Assembly: GCA_963809325.1 (NCBI GenBank)
Contig: CAWEIZ010000007.1
Location: 836,851-900,850 of the forward strand
Direction: 5' to 3'
Source of the DNA: an uncultured Actinomycetes bacterium
GTDB taxonomy: Bacteria; Actinomycetota; Thermoleophilia; Gaiellales; JAICJC01
DNA length: 64,000 nucleotides
Position 1 is the stretch's first letter. Every line of letters starts with the position of its first letter. Position numbers and translations under genes: made by a program. The notes beneath the pieces were generated by a model. It worked only from the letters and a program-made list of their open reading frames with translations, ran no database searches and was not told the origin of the DNA. Shown one piece after another: positions 36,332 to 45,484 of this stretch.

Positions 36332-37311
36332 TAGTAGGCGGCGAGCTCGCGCGCCGCCCGGAGGATGTCGTCCTCGGTCGGCAGGTACTCGTGCTCGAGC
36401 ACGGGCGTGAACGGGACCGGCGTGTCGATCGCCGCGACGCGCGTCACGGGCGCGTCGAGGTGCTCGAAGGCCTCCTGCGCGACGATCGCCGCGACCTCCG
36501 CGCCGAACCCGCCGGTGAGGTTGTCCTCGTGCACGATCATCGCCTTGCCCGTCTTCCGGACCGACGCCAGCACCGACTCGCGGTCGAGCGGCACGAGCGT
36601 GCGCAGGTCGATGACCTCGACCGAGGTGCCCTCGGCTGCGAGGGTGTCCGCGACGGCCAGCGACAGCTGCACCGTCGAGGCGTACGTGATGATCGAGATG
36701 TCGGTGCCGGCCCGAGCGACCCGCGCCGAGCCGATCGGCACGATCCGGCCCTCGGCTCCGGTGGGGACGTCGTCCTTCTCCCGCCGGTAGAGGAACTTGT
36801 GCTCGCAGAAGACGACCGGGTTGGGATCCTGGATCGACGCGCGCAGGAGCCCGTATGCGTCGGTCGCGGTGGCCGGGCACACGATCTTCAGGCCGGCGTG
36901 GTGGTGGAACCAGGCCTCGACGTTCTCGGAGTGGTACGGGCCGCCGCCGACCCCCCCGCCGTTGGGGCAGCGCACGACCAGCGGGACCGCCCAGCCGATG
37001 CGGTAGTGCATCTTGGCGGCGCAGGTCACGATCTGGTCGAAGGCGATCGAGACGAAGTCGCCGAACTGCATCTCGGCGACGGGCCGCTGGCCCGCCATCG
37101 CCGCGCCGATCGCGACGCCCGCGATGCCCGCCTCGGCGACCGGCGTGTCGATCGAGCGGAGCTCGCCGTAGGTCTGCTGCAGCCCCTTGGTGGCGCCGAA
37201 CGCCCCGCCCTGGCGGCCGACGTCCTCGCCCATGCAGAACACGCGCGGGTCGGCCTCCATCTCGTCGTGGAGGGCGGCGTTGATCGCCTCGAGGTAGGTG
37301 AGCTCAGGCAT
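36331..37311 (-). CDS. 2-oxoacid (pyruvate/branched-chain/acetoin) dehydrogenase E1 beta subunit
   Basis: MPELTYLEAINAALHDEM..., FGATKGLQ, DTPVAEAGIAG blocks; 326 aa from the ATG at 37311. Confidence 0.9.
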   Translation of the reverse strand: MPELTYLEAINAALHDEMEADPRVFCMGEDVGRQGGAFGATKGLQQTYGELRSIDTPVAEAGIAGVAIGAAMAGQRPVAEMQFGDFVSIAFDQIVTCAAKMHYRIGWAVPLVVRCPNGGGVGGGPYHSENVEAWFHHHAGLKIVCPATATDAYGLLRASIQDPNPVVFCEHKFLYRREKDDVPTGAEGRIVPIGSARVARAGTDISIITYASTVQLSLAVADTLAAEGTSVEVIDLRTLVPLDRESVLASVRKTGKAMIVHEDNLTGGFGAEVAAIVAQEAFEHLDAPVTRVAAIDTPVPFTPVLEHEYLPTEDDILRAARELAAY

Positions 37312-38341
37312 CCCAACCGTCCTCGGCGAAGACGCCGGTATGGGCTTCTGCTGCGTCGGGGTACCCGTCCTCCTCGGCCCGCTCGACCGCCGCGCGCACC
37401 TCGTCGCGAACCCGCTCGCGGATGCGCTCGAGCCGCTCCTCCGAGATCTCGCGCTCCTCGAGCAGGGCGGCCTCCGCGCGCTTGATCGGATCCTTGTCCG
37501 ACCACTCGGCGAGCACCTCCATCGGCATGTAGCTCTCGTACTTGTCGTGGGCTGCATGCCCGCCCATGCGGTAGGTCTTGCACTCGATGAACTGCGGGCC
37601 GCCGCCGGCCCGCGCGGCATCGACCGAGGCCTTCATCGCGGCATAGACCGCGAACACGTCGTTGCCGTCGACCGAGACCGCCGGGATGCCGTACGCCGCG
37701 GCCTTCTTGTGCAGGTCGGTCACCTTCGTCTGCTTCGAGATCGGCGTCGAGTAGCCCCAGCCGTTGTTCTCGGCGACGAACACCGCGGGCACCTCGAGCA
37801 CGGCCGCCATGTTCAGGCCCTCGTGGAAGTCGCCGCGCGACGTGGCGGCGTCGCCGAAGCTCGTGAGCGCGACCCGCTTCTCGTCACGCTGCTTGTAGGC
37901 CAGGGCGGCGCCGACGGTGAGCGGGATCATGTCGGCCATGTGCGACACCTGGCACGGGATGTTCCACTCGCGGCCGCCGATGTGCAGGTTGCCGTCCTTG
38001 CCGCGCGTCGTCGAGCCCGCCTTGCCCATGAACTGGGCGAAGATCCGCCACACGGGCACGCCGTGCACCAGGTAGGAGCCCAGGTCGCGGATCCAGGGCG
38101 AGAGCCAGTCGCCGCTCTCGCCGCGCTCGAGCGGCAGCGCGATCCCGACGGCGATGGCCTCCTGGCCGCGGCCGGTGTAGTAGCTGCCGGGGAGCTTGCC
38201 CTGGCGGTACAGGTTGAGCGCCCGCTCCTCGACCCCGCGCGTCAGCGTCATCCAGTAGTAGAGCTCGAGGGCGAGGTCATCGGAGACCTCGACCGGCGGC
38301 AGATCGGGAACAGCGGAGATCTTGCGGGCGGGGGACGTCAC
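37304..38341 (-). CDS. 2-oxoacid dehydrogenase E1 alpha subunit (TPP-dependent)
   Basis: YRQGKLPGSYYTGRGQEAIAVG, GDAATSRGDFHEGLN, ENNGWGYSTP. GTG 38341 chosen. 8-nt overlap with E1 beta. Confidence 0.85.
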   Translation of the reverse strand: MTSPARKISAVPDLPPVEVSDDLALELYYWMTLTRGVEERALNLYRQGKLPGSYYTGRGQEAIAVGIALPLERGESGDWLSPWIRDLGSYLVHGVPVWRIFAQFMGKAGSTTRGKDGNLHIGGREWNIPCQVSHMADMIPLTVGAALAYKQRDEKRVALTSFGDAATSRGDFHEGLNMAAVLEVPAVFVAENNGWGYSTPISKQTKVTDLHKKAAAYGIPAVSVDGNDVFAVYAAMKASVDAARAGGGPQFIECKTYRMGGHAAHDKYESYMPMEVLAEWSDKDPIKRAEAALLEEREISEERLERIRERVRDEVRAAVERAEEDGYPDAAEAHTGVFAEDGWDA

Positions 38342-38471
38342 AGGCGCGTTATCGGCAGATCTGCCGGTGGGGCAAGAGGCAGTGTAGTGGGGGCCTCCAC
38401 GGATGTCGGAGGACCCGGCACAAAGGGGTCTACGACTAAAGCCGCCGGTCGGATCGCCGAATACGCAGCCG

Positions 38472-40911
38472 ATGGCGCTTCGCACGTCCTCCCTCCCGTC
38501 GTCCACCGCCGCTCCCGCCCCCGCGCTCGACTGGCGCGTCCGCGTGCAGCAGGCCGTGGCCGGTGCCGCCGCCGCGATCGCGGCCGGCGATCACGACCGC
38601 CTGGCGACCGCGTTCGCCGAGCTCGCCGAGTGGGAAGACCGCCACCGCGCCTACCAGGCCCGCTGCGGGATCGTCGAAGCCGTCCTCGCCTACCAGCCCA
38701 CCTCCTCGGACGGCTGGGTGGGCCCGTTCGTCACCGCCGCGCGCGGCGCTGCTCGACGCGCTCGAGGTCGAGCCGCGCGAGCCGGTCCTCCTGAACCATG
38801 CAGGCGTCTTCCTGTACGAGCTGCTCGAGGCGGGCGCGGCCGAAGATCTCTTCAAGGCGGCGCTGCGGCTCGACCCGAGCCAGCCGTACGCGGCCGAGAA
38901 CCTCCAGCAGGCGAGGATCAGGAAGCGCAGCCCCAGCCGCCTCAAGGGCGCGTTCGGCGCGCGCATGCGCGGCCTGGCGGCACGCGGCCGGAAGGTCGCC
39001 GCCCAGGCGCGGCCGGTGCCCGGCCTGCGCCTCTCGCTGTGCATGATCGTGAAGGACGAGGAGGAGATGCTCCCCGGGTGCCTCGAGCCGCTTTGCGGCG
39101 TCGTCGACGAGATGATCGTCGTCGACACGGGCTCGACCGACAGAACGGTCGAGATCGCGGAGTCGTTCGGCGCCAGGGTCGTGCACTTCCCGTGGAACGG
39201 CTCGTTCGCCGACGCCCGCAACGTCTCGCTCGAGAACGCCACGGGCGACTGGATCATGTACCTCGACGCCGACGAGCACCTCGAGGCCGAGGACGCCCCC
39301 CGGCTGCGCGATCTGCTCGGCCGCACGTGGCGTGAGGGCTTCAACCTCGTCGAGACGAACTACACGGGCGGCGAGGACACCGGCTCCGCCACCACCCACC
39401 TGGCGCTCCGCCTGTGGCGGCGCCGGCCGGAGTACCGGTTCGAGGGCCGCATCCACGAGCAGAAGACGCACACGATGCCGATGTACCTGCCGGAGCGGTT
39501 CGAGACGACCACCATCCGCGTCCGCCACTACGGCTACCTGAACCAGCGGATCGCGTCCAAGGAGAAGTCGCAGCGCAACATCGAGCTGCTCGAGCAGGAG
39601 GCGCGCGAGAACCCGAGCCCGTTCAACGACTACAACCTGGGCTCCGAGTACCTGGCCCTCGGCGACGCTGCCAAGGCCCGCACGCACTTCGACCGGGCAT
39701 GGGAGTCGCTGCGGTCGGTCCCGGGCATGAGCTCCGCCGGCTACGTGCCGCTGCTCGTCTCCCGCGCCGCCCGCGCCCGCCGCGAGGCCGGCGACCACGC
39801 CGCTGCCGGGCTGGCCGTCGACGAGGGTCTCGCCGCGTATCCCGACCACACCGACCTCGTCATGGAGGCCGCGCTCTCGGCACGCGAGCAGGGCAACCTG
39901 GCCCGGGCCCGCGAGCTCGCCGAGCGGTGCCTCGAGATGGGCGACGCGCCCAACATGTACGCCGCCACGGTCGGCACCGGCACGTTCCTCGCGATGACCG
40001 TGCTGGCCGAGATCCACGCCGCCCAGGGCGACCACGCGGGTGCCGAGGGGCTCTACCGCCGCTCGCTGCGCGAGCACCCCGAGTACGCCGGCCCGGTGCT
40101 GCCGCTGGCCGGGATCCTCGCCCGCCGCGACGCGCCGATCGCCGAGATCGAGCAGGTCGTCCCCGACCGCCCGTCGGCCCGGCTCCTGGCGGCGACGGCG
40201 CTCTACGAGGCCGGCCGCGCCGCGGACGCCGAATCGTGGTTCCGGCACGTGCTCGAGGCCCAGCCCGCCAACTCCGCCGCCCGGATCGGCCTTGCCGAGG
40301 CGCTGCTCTCGCAGCGGCGCTACGCCGAGGCCGCCGCCGAGGCCGCGGCAGAGCCCGCAGACTCTCCGCTCGCCGGCGCCGCCGTCGAGGTGCAGGTCTT
40401 CGCCGCAGCGGTGGCCCGTGATCACGCCGCGATCGACCGCATCGTCTCGGCCGCAGAAGCGGCGCTCCCCGCCCACAAGATCCAGCTCTTCGGCGCCTGG
40501 GCGACCGCGATCCGCGGCGACGCCCCGCCGACGTGGCTGCCCGCCGCCGCCGGCCCTCTCTGCGGCACGTACCTCGAGGCCCTTCTGCGGGTCGAAGAGG
40601 TCGACGCGTTCGCCGTCCTCCTCGGCGTCTTCGGCACGATCGCCGCCGACCCACGCGAGCGGCACGAGTACCTGGCCAGCATGTACCTGCGGCGAGGCTT
40701 CCTCGGAGCCGCGGCCGACGAGTGGATCGAGGTCGTCCAGACGGCGCCCGACGCACGGGCCATGATCGGCCTGGCGCTGGTCGCCGTGGCCAAGGGCCTT
40801 CCCGAGGACGCTCGCGGGTTCGCCGCCGAAGCCGTCGCACTCGAGCCGGGGAACACGACCGCGGCAGCCCTCAACGAATCTATTAAACAGCGATTTCCAC
40901 AAGCTGCCTAA
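38472..40911 (+). CDS. TPR-flanked family-2 glycosyltransferase (candidate flagellin glycosyltransferase), apparent frameshift near 38745
   Basis: GT2 block LSLCMIVKDEEEMLPGCL..VVDTGSTDRT..YLDADE. TPR-like helices lie before and after it. The N-terminal ~90 aa (MALRTSS...GWVGPFVTAAR) are in the frame of ORF 38403 and the rest is in the frame of ORF 38563. Confidence 0.6.
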
Positions 40912-40935
40912 ATTCCGCTGACTTTGCGCCGATCA
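40909..40935 (+). promoter_or_regulatory. sigma-28 (FliA/SigD)-type promoter, TAAA-N15-GCCGATCA
   Basis: Exact 15-nt spacing and a close match to the TAAA-N15-GCCGATAA consensus, 48 nt upstream of the flaG ATG in a locally AT-rich patch. Confidence 0.55.
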
Positions 40936-40982
40936 CCTCGGTGAACTCGTGGTCCACGGAGGGACCGAGGAGGATCAACGTA

Positions 40983-41297
40983 ATGGAATACGGCCCTGTA
41001 CCTATATCGGGCGTCGGTAAGCCCACACAGCGAACGGCACCACCGCCGCGTTCAGCGCTGCGCGCCGAGCACGACACGCCGCCTCCTGCCGTTCAGCAGG
41101 AGTTCGACGTCGCGGCCCGGGTCATCGAGGAGCTGTCCTCGCGCCAGGTGAACCTGCACTTCGAGGTCGACCACCAGGCCGGCAAGGTCCGCGTGCAGGT
41201 GCTGAGCGGCGACGGCTCGGTCGTCCGCGAGATCCCCGCCCGCAGCCTGCTCGACACGCTCTCGGGCGGCGGGCTCATCGTCGACCAGCTCGGATAG
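40983..41297 (+). CDS. flaG: flagellar protein FlaG
   Basis: LHFEVDHQAGKVRVQVLSGDGSVVREIPARSLLD is typical of FlaG. ATG 40983 has a GAGGAGGA RBS. The 40941 GTG would precede the predicted TSS. Confidence 0.75.
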   Translation: MEYGPVPISGVGKPTQRTAPPPRSALRAEHDTPPPAVQQEFDVAARVIEELSSRQVNLHFEVDHQAGKVRVQVLSGDGSVVREIPARSLLDTLSGGGLIVDQLG

Positions 41298-41300
41298 CCC

Positions 41301-42740
41301 GTGGCAGACCTCCCCTCCTCCGTCACCGCATCGACATCGGCGGCGCCGCTCTTCAACATCGGCGGCATCGCCTCGGGGCTCGACACGAACACGATCATCG
41401 GCCAGCTGCTCGCGATCGAGCGCCAGCCGGAGGTACGGGCGCTCCAGCAGCAGCACATCGAGGAGGCGCGGCAGAACGCGCTCCGGGACGTCAACACCAG
41501 GCTCACCAACCTGCAGACGGCGATCGCCGGCCTGCGGGACGTCTCGACGTGGGGCGACGTCCAGTCGGTCACGTCGTCCGACGCGGCCAACGTCGGCGTC
41601 GTCCGAACCGGCGGCGCGGCTCCGGGCGGCTACCAGGTGCAGGTGACCCAGCTCGCCCGCGCCCATCAGGTCACGTCGGTGGCGATGGCGTCCGCCGCGA
41701 ACGACGATGAGCTGCACATCGCGGTCGGATCGGGCACGGCCGTCGACGTCGCCGTGAAGGACGGCGACAGTCTGGACACCATCGCAGCGAAGATCAACTC
41801 GGCGTCGGGCATCCAGGTCTATGCCTCGGTCGTGAGCTCGAAGCTCGTGCTCTCGGGCAAGGTGACCGGCGCGGCCAACACCATCTCGGTGACGGCCGAT
41901 GCGGGGCTCGACACGGACCTCGGGTTCACGCAGTCGCTCTCGGCCCGCGACGCGAAGTACACCGTCGACGGCGGCGCCGTGCAGTCGTCGGCGTCCAACG
42001 TCGTCACGGCCGCCATCCCGGGCGTGACGCTGACGTTCAAGGGCGTCATGGCGAGCGCCGCCTCGGTCGTGGTCGGAAGCCCGGCCCCGAATACCGACGT
42101 CGTCCAATCCAAGATCCAGGCCTTCGTCGACCAGTACAACTCGACCGTCGACTTCATCTACTCCAAGCTGAAGGAGCAGAAGGTCGTGAACCCCACGACC
42201 GACGACGACCGGGCGAAGGGCGTCCTGAACGCCGACCCGGGGCTCGAGAGCATCCTCACGCAGCTGCGCGGGGCCATCGGCAACTCGTTCGTCGGCGCCC
42301 AGCCCGACCTGAACCAGCTCGGCCTCGTGGGTCTCTCGACCGGCAAGACCGTCGGCGGCGGCACCATCAACCAGGACTCGATCGAGGGCCTGCTCACGCT
42401 CGACTCGGACAAGCTCTCGGACATGCTGACGAACCGGTTCAGCGACGTGAAGAAGCTCTTCACGAACGTCACCGGCACGTACGACAGCGAGGGCCTGGCC
42501 CAGCGGCTCGACGACCTGATCAGGCCGCAGGTGCAGACGGGCGGAGTGCTCGCAAGCCGCATCGACAGCCAGCAGTCGGCGATCAACGACCTGAAGCAGC
42601 GCCAGAAGGACATCGAGACCCGGGTGGCGCTGCGCGAGACCCAGCTTCGGGCGCAGTTCACGGCGATGGAGACGGCCCTCTCGCAGTCGCAGTCCCTGAT
42701 GTCGCAGCTCTCGGGCCAGTTCGCCGCGCTGTCGCAGTAG
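41301..42740 (+). CDS. fliD: flagellar filament cap protein FliD
   Basis: FNIGGIASGLDTNTIIGQLLAIERQP N-terminus and C-terminal coiled coil ...QFTAMETALSQSQSL. Confidence 0.9.
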   Translation: MADLPSSVTASTSAAPLFNIGGIASGLDTNTIIGQLLAIERQPEVRALQQQHIEEARQNALRDVNTRLTNLQTAIAGLRDVSTWGDVQSVTSSDAANVGVVRTGGAAPGGYQVQVTQLARAHQVTSVAMASAANDDELHIAVGSGTAVDVAVKDGDSLDTIAAKINSASGIQVYASVVSSKLVLSGKVTGAANTISVTADAGLDTDLGFTQSLSARDAKYTVDGGAVQSSASNVVTAAIPGVTLTFKGVMASAASVVVGSPAPNTDVVQSKIQAFVDQYNSTVDFIYSKLKEQKVVNPTTDDDRAKGVLNADPGLESILTQLRGAIGNSFVGAQPDLNQLGLVGLSTGKTVGGGTINQDSIEGLLTLDSDKLSDMLTNRFSDVKKLFTNVTGTYDSEGLAQRLDDLIRPQVQTGGVLASRIDSQQSAINDLKQRQKDIETRVALRETQLRAQFTAMETALSQSQSLMSQLSGQFAALSQ

Positions 42741-42780
42741 CGGCTCAAGACCGGCTTCCCAGCGCCGACTACAAGGCGCG

Positions 42781-43185
42781 ATGGACTACGCGGGCGCGCA
42801 CCGGGCTTACACGGAATCGAGCATCCTGACGGCGCCGCCGGAGCGGCTCGTCGTCATGCTCTACGACGGCGCCATCCGCTTCCTCAAGCAGGCCGCCGCC
42901 GCGGAGCGGGGCGGCCAGCACCAGATGTTCCTCGACCGCCTGCGCCGCGGCGAGGCGATCATCGACGAGCTGAACGTCACGCTCGACATGTCGCAGGGCG
43001 AGGTGGCGGCACAGCTCCGCTCGATCTACCTCTTCTGCAAGCGGCACCTCGTCCAGGCCCACCTCAAGCGCGACGCCGGCCACATCGACGAGGTCGTGCG
43101 CCTCCTGACCGACCTGCGCGAGAGCTGGCAGCAGCTGGCCGTGCAGGGCGCGAGCGAGGGACGCCCCGCCACCGCTACGGGCTGA
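42781..43185 (+). CDS. fliS: flagellin chaperone FliS
   Basis: YTESSILTAPPERLVVMLYDGAIRFL, LYLFCKRHL; 134 aa. Confidence 0.9.
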   Translation: MDYAGAHRAYTESSILTAPPERLVVMLYDGAIRFLKQAAAAERGGQHQMFLDRLRRGEAIIDELNVTLDMSQGEVAAQLRSIYLFCKRHLVQAHLKRDAGHIDEVVRLLTDLRESWQQLAVQGASEGRPATATG

Positions 43186-43190
43186 GGCAC

Positions 43191-43511
43191 GTGGACGCTC
43201 TCGCCGCCTACGCGAGGCTCGTCGAGATGTGCGAGCAGGAGCGCGAGCTGATCGCCGCCGCGGACTGGGATGCGGTCGTACAGCTGGGTGGCGAGCGGGC
43301 CGTGCTCGTGGCCGGGCTTCCGGCCCATCCTCCCGCCGGTGCGCGATCCCATCTTCAGCGGGCCGAGGAGCTGGGGCGGTCGAACGCCGCGGCCCTCGCG
43401 GCTGCGCGTGCGGCGACGGTGGCCGAGCTCGGCCAGCTGCGCACGGTTCGCCAGACGATCCGCGCCTACGTCGGCGACGCGCCGGCCGTGTTCGTCGACA
43501 CGCGCCGCTAG
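43191..43511 (+). CDS. small helical protein, possible FliT/FlgN-like export chaperone
   Basis: 106 aa, all-helical composition, sits immediately after fliS. Assignment is by position only. Confidence 0.4.
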   Translation: MDALAAYARLVEMCEQERELIAAADWDAVVQLGGERAVLVAGLPAHPPAGARSHLQRAEELGRSNAAALAAARAATVAELGQLRTVRQTIRAYVGDAPAVFVDTRR

Positions 43512-43528
43512 ACCACGGGGGAACCCAG

Positions 43529-43557
43529 GGGCCAGGCCCCCATCCGGGGCCTGGCCC
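43529..43557 (+). terminator. GC-rich hairpin (12-bp stem, CATCC loop)
   Basis: GGGCCAGGCCCC-CATCC-GGGGCCTGGCCC sits 18 nt after the stop at 43511. Sequence paralog of the 30756-30782 hairpin. Confidence 0.5.
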
Positions 43558-43571
43558 GGTGGTTCATGCTG

Positions 43572-43600
43572 TTGCACGCCAATGACATAGCATGTATGCT
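43572..43600 (+). promoter_or_regulatory. candidate sigma-70-type promoter TTGCAC-N17-TATGCT overlapped by an 18-bp palindrome
   Basis: Hexamers at 43572-77 and 43595-600. Palindrome CATAGCATGTATGCTATG at 43586-43603. AT-rich island in front of the lipoprotein gene. Confidence 0.3.
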
Positions 43601-43613
43601 ATGAGAAAGAGCG

Positions 43614-44189
43614 ATGCGCCCGGCCCTCCTTCTCGCTGTCGCCGCCGCCGCCGCCGTCGCGGCAGGGGCGGGCTGCGGCTGGATCGGCGACAACCAGCCG
43701 ACAGGGCCGAGGCAGCGCAGCATCGACGAGCTGGCTGGGAGCTACAAGGGAGTCGCGTTGGGCGATCCGAAGAGCGCCGCCATCCGGGCCTTCGGGAAGC
43801 CCGCCGAGACCACCGGCCCGTCGACGCCGCTCGGCTCGGACTTCTCCGACGGCGGCCCGCTCATCCAGAAGAATCCGCCGGGGTACGACAGGAAGCCCGA
43901 CCTGCTCCGCTACGAGAACGTGGCGTTCCTCTCGACACCGACCCCGTCGGGGATCCACAGCATCGTGATCGACGACCCGCGGGCCGCCACGCAGAAGGGC
44001 GTCGGGATCGGCGATCCGCTCGCCGCCGCGAGGCGCGCGTATCCGACCGTCCGGTGCCAGAAGGGCCACGACATCGGCGAGTCGCACATGCCGGCCCACT
44101 GCTCGGGCAAGCTCGCCGACGACCGCTACATCTGGTTCGGGAACGACCCGATCCGGATCATCGCCCTCTCGCCGACGCCGATGGGGTAG
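43614..44189 (+). CDS. lipoprotein, unknown function
   Basis: Signal peptide with lipobox MRPALLLAVAAAAAVAAGAGC; 191 aa; embedded in the flagellar locus. Confidence 0.6.
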   Translation: MRPALLLAVAAAAAVAAGAGCGWIGDNQPTGPRQRSIDELAGSYKGVALGDPKSAAIRAFGKPAETTGPSTPLGSDFSDGGPLIQKNPPGYDRKPDLLRYENVAFLSTPTPSGIHSIVIDDPRAATQKGVGIGDPLAAARRAYPTVRCQKGHDIGESHMPAHCSGKLADDRYIWFGNDPIRIIALSPTPMG

Positions 44190-44253
44190 CGGCCGGCAGG
44201 GCCACCCCGCCCTAGCATGAGAAGCCGGCGCCAACTGAACGGGCCCACGCTGC

Positions 44254-44280
44254 TCAACCCCGCCGCCCCCCGGCCGATTA
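44254..44280 (+). promoter_or_regulatory. sigma-28-like motif TCAA-N15-GCCGATTA
   Basis: 15-nt spacing, 80 nt upstream of flgB. The -35 element is imperfect. Confidence 0.35.
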
Positions 44281-44359
44281 CCGGCCTACCGCACGGATCG
44301 CGGGTCAGCACGACACCCATGGACGGGTCTTTCGTCTTTCGACGGGAGGGACCCCTACG

Positions 44360-44725
44360 TTGGAACTGTTCGACACCACAATCGTCGGGCTCGAGCGCGC
44401 CATGTCCGGCTCTGCGTTGCGGCAACAGGTGATCGCGAACAACATCGCGAACGCCAACACGCCGAATTTCAAGGCGTCAGACGTCGACTTCCACGCCGCG
44501 CTGGCACAGGCGTTCGCCGGCCAGCCCACCGTGGATCAGATCGGCGCCACCGACTTCTCGGTCCAGACCGACTCCGCCAGCACCGGCCGGCTCGACGGCA
44601 ACAACGTCGACATCGACCAGCAGATGGCGAGCCTCAGCGAGAACACGCTCGACTACCAGTCGCTGGAGTCGGTCATGGCCTCGCGCATCTCGATCCTGAA
44701 GACCGCGATCGGGCAGGTGCAGTGA
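44360..44725 (+). CDS. flgB: flagellar proximal rod protein FlgB
   Basis: QQVIANNIANANTPNFKASDVDF; 121 aa. Confidence 0.9.
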   Translation: MELFDTTIVGLERAMSGSALRQQVIANNIANANTPNFKASDVDFHAALAQAFAGQPTVDQIGATDFSVQTDSASTGRLDGNNVDIDQQMASLSENTLDYQSLESVMASRISILKTAIGQVQ

Positions 44726-45132
44726 TGGGCATGTTCGACGCGTTCGCCATCTCCGGCTCGGGCATGACCGCCGAGCGCCTGCGGATGGACGTCATCGCCG
44801 GCAACCTCGCCAACGCCGACTCCACCCAGGGCGCCAACGGCCAGCCGTACCGGCGCCGGCTTGTCGTCCTCCAGACGGCGTCGCCGAGCTTCGGCCAGGT
44901 GCTGGCCGGGGTCAAGGTGGCCGGCATCGTCGAGGACCAGAGCCCGCTTCGCCGCGTCTACGACCCGTCGCACCCCGACGCCGACGCGCAGGGCTACGTC
45001 ACGTTGCCGAACGTGAACCCGGTCACCGAGATGGTCGACCTGATCACGTCCAGCCGCGGCTACGAGGCCAACGTGACCGCGATGAACGCCGCCAAGCAGA
45101 TGTTCTCGAAGACCTTCGACATCCTCCGCTGA
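44722..45132 (+). CDS. flgC: flagellar proximal rod protein FlgC
   Basis: ISGSGMTAERLRMDVIAGNLANADST...VTLPNVNPVTEMVDLITSSRGYEANV. Confidence 0.92.
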   Translation: MMGMFDAFAISGSGMTAERLRMDVIAGNLANADSTQGANGQPYRRRLVVLQTASPSFGQVLAGVKVAGIVEDQSPLRRVYDPSHPDADAQGYVTLPNVNPVTEMVDLITSSRGYEANVTAMNAAKQMFSKTFDILR

Positions 45133-45461
45133 TGCAGATCCCAAGCTTCCAGCCCATCCAGCCGATCGACCCTTTCGGGACTGGATCGGAGTTCCAGGTC
45201 GGCTCGGTCGACGCCTCCGCGACCGGCGCCTCGGCGCCTGCGGGCGCATTCGGCGGAATGCTGACCCAGCAGCTCTCCAACCTGAACGACCTTCAGAACA
45301 CCGCCGCCTCGCAGTCCCAGGCCCTTGCCACCGGCCAGGCGCAGGACGTCACCCAGGTCGTGGCCGACGTCGAGAAGGCCGCGCTGGCGATGCAGCTCGC
45401 CGTCCAGGTGCGAAACAAGGCGGTCGACGCCTACAACGAGCTCTTCCGCATCCAGATCTAA
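45132..45461 (+). CDS. fliE: flagellar hook-basal body protein FliE
   Basis: C-terminal DVEKAALAMQLAVQVRNKAVDAYNELFRIQI. Position between flgC and fliF. Confidence 0.85.
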   Translation: MQIPSFQPIQPIDPFGTGSEFQVGSVDASATGASAPAGAFGGMLTQQLSNLNDLQNTAASQSQALATGQAQDVTQVVADVEKAALAMQLAVQVRNKAVDAYNELFRIQI

Positions 45462-45484
45462 CCCTCCCCTAGACCCCCCACACC

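Noticed and set aside
36331-38341. E1 alpha/beta genes without an adjacent E2/E3 considered as an anomaly
   Set aside because: E2 and E3 are often encoded elsewhere or shared. The downstream side is occupied by repeat copy B. Nothing in the sequence suggests a special function.
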